The notes under the pieces: generated by a model
What the model was told of the DNA's origin: nothing
Databases searched by the model: none
What the model saw: only the letters and a program-made list of their open reading frames with translations
Position numbers and translations under genes: made by a program
Part shown: positions 19,449 through 19,845 of the stretch, piece by piece
Numbering within the stretch: position 1 is the first letter of the stretch
Layout: every line of letters starts with the position of its first letter
From: Vitrella brassicaformis CCMP3155
Taxonomy: Eukaryota; Protista; Chromerida
Length of the DNA stretch: 19,845 nucleotides
Assembly (NCBI GenBank): GCA_001179505.1
Contig: CDMY01000792.1
Coordinates: 1 to 19,845 of the forward strand
Direction of reading: 5' to 3'

Positions 19449-19845
19449 CCGCGAATTGGGTTAGTGCCCAATTTGCGCCTTTAAGAAACAACACGTTCGG
19501 CAGACAAAACGTTCGATCACGATCGTACGGAAGAGAAAAGGAAAAGCGGTAGCGGCGTTGTGTTGCTTGCAGCACTACAGACACTGCAATATGTCGAGAA
19601 GCTTCGTGTTTTTTGTCATGTTTGGACCAGTAACCCTTAAACTGATGTACCCTAAAGCGGCAGCTTGGCCGTACCTGAAACCGCTGCTGCTTGAAAAAGA
19701 TCGCGATTGCCTCGCGCGGAGAGAATCAACGAACAAGGGTCTCTGGCTTCGTCTCTCTGGGCGCGAACTTCTTAAAAAAGCAAGATCCGTAACGGAAGAA
19801 GCATCAACTGACTGAATAAACACACGAACGCGCCAGTTTGTGGTG

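Noticed and set aside
19558-19823. ORFs 19558-19815 (+) and 19575-19823 (-) as a new gene or the missing GMPP N-terminus
   Set aside because: No GGxGTRLRPLT motif. GYISLRVT is only a faint resemblance, and no supporting exon structure is visible.
1-19845. CRISPR arrays, tRNA/rRNA genes, prokaryotic operon features, non-canonical splice sites
   Set aside because: None seen. The window is eukaryotic and every intron used in the models is GT-AG.

Overview
This is an intron-dense eukaryotic window, with GT-AG introns mostly 47-120 nt long and often carrying TCTG/CTGG/TGTA microsatellites. The style resembles a flagellated alveolate such as the chromerid Vitrella; that assignment is an inference. 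All exon coordinates are hand-spliced from the sequence. In order, the window holds: (+) outer dynein arm docking complex subunit DC2/ODAD1 (601-3398); a 707-bp non-autonomous TIR element (4161-4867); (-) the spliceosomal U5 protein DIM1 (5620-6335); (+) an orphan alpha-helical-repeat protein (6474-9119); a 300-N gap flanked by poly-G, followed by a 24-bp palindrome and C-tracts; (+) a 33-exon, ~1244-aa ankyrin-repeat TRP-type cation channel (9608-15834); (-) TFIIH p62/TFB1 (15986-19053); and (-) a broken, still intron-bearing fragment of a GDP-mannose pyrophosphorylase gene ending just upstream of the TFB1 start codon. Three observations stand out: the GMPP fragment in the TFB1 leader position, the TRP channel's apparent extra C-terminal hydrophobic segments, and the periodic 105/31/71-nt exon cassette of its ankyrin array.
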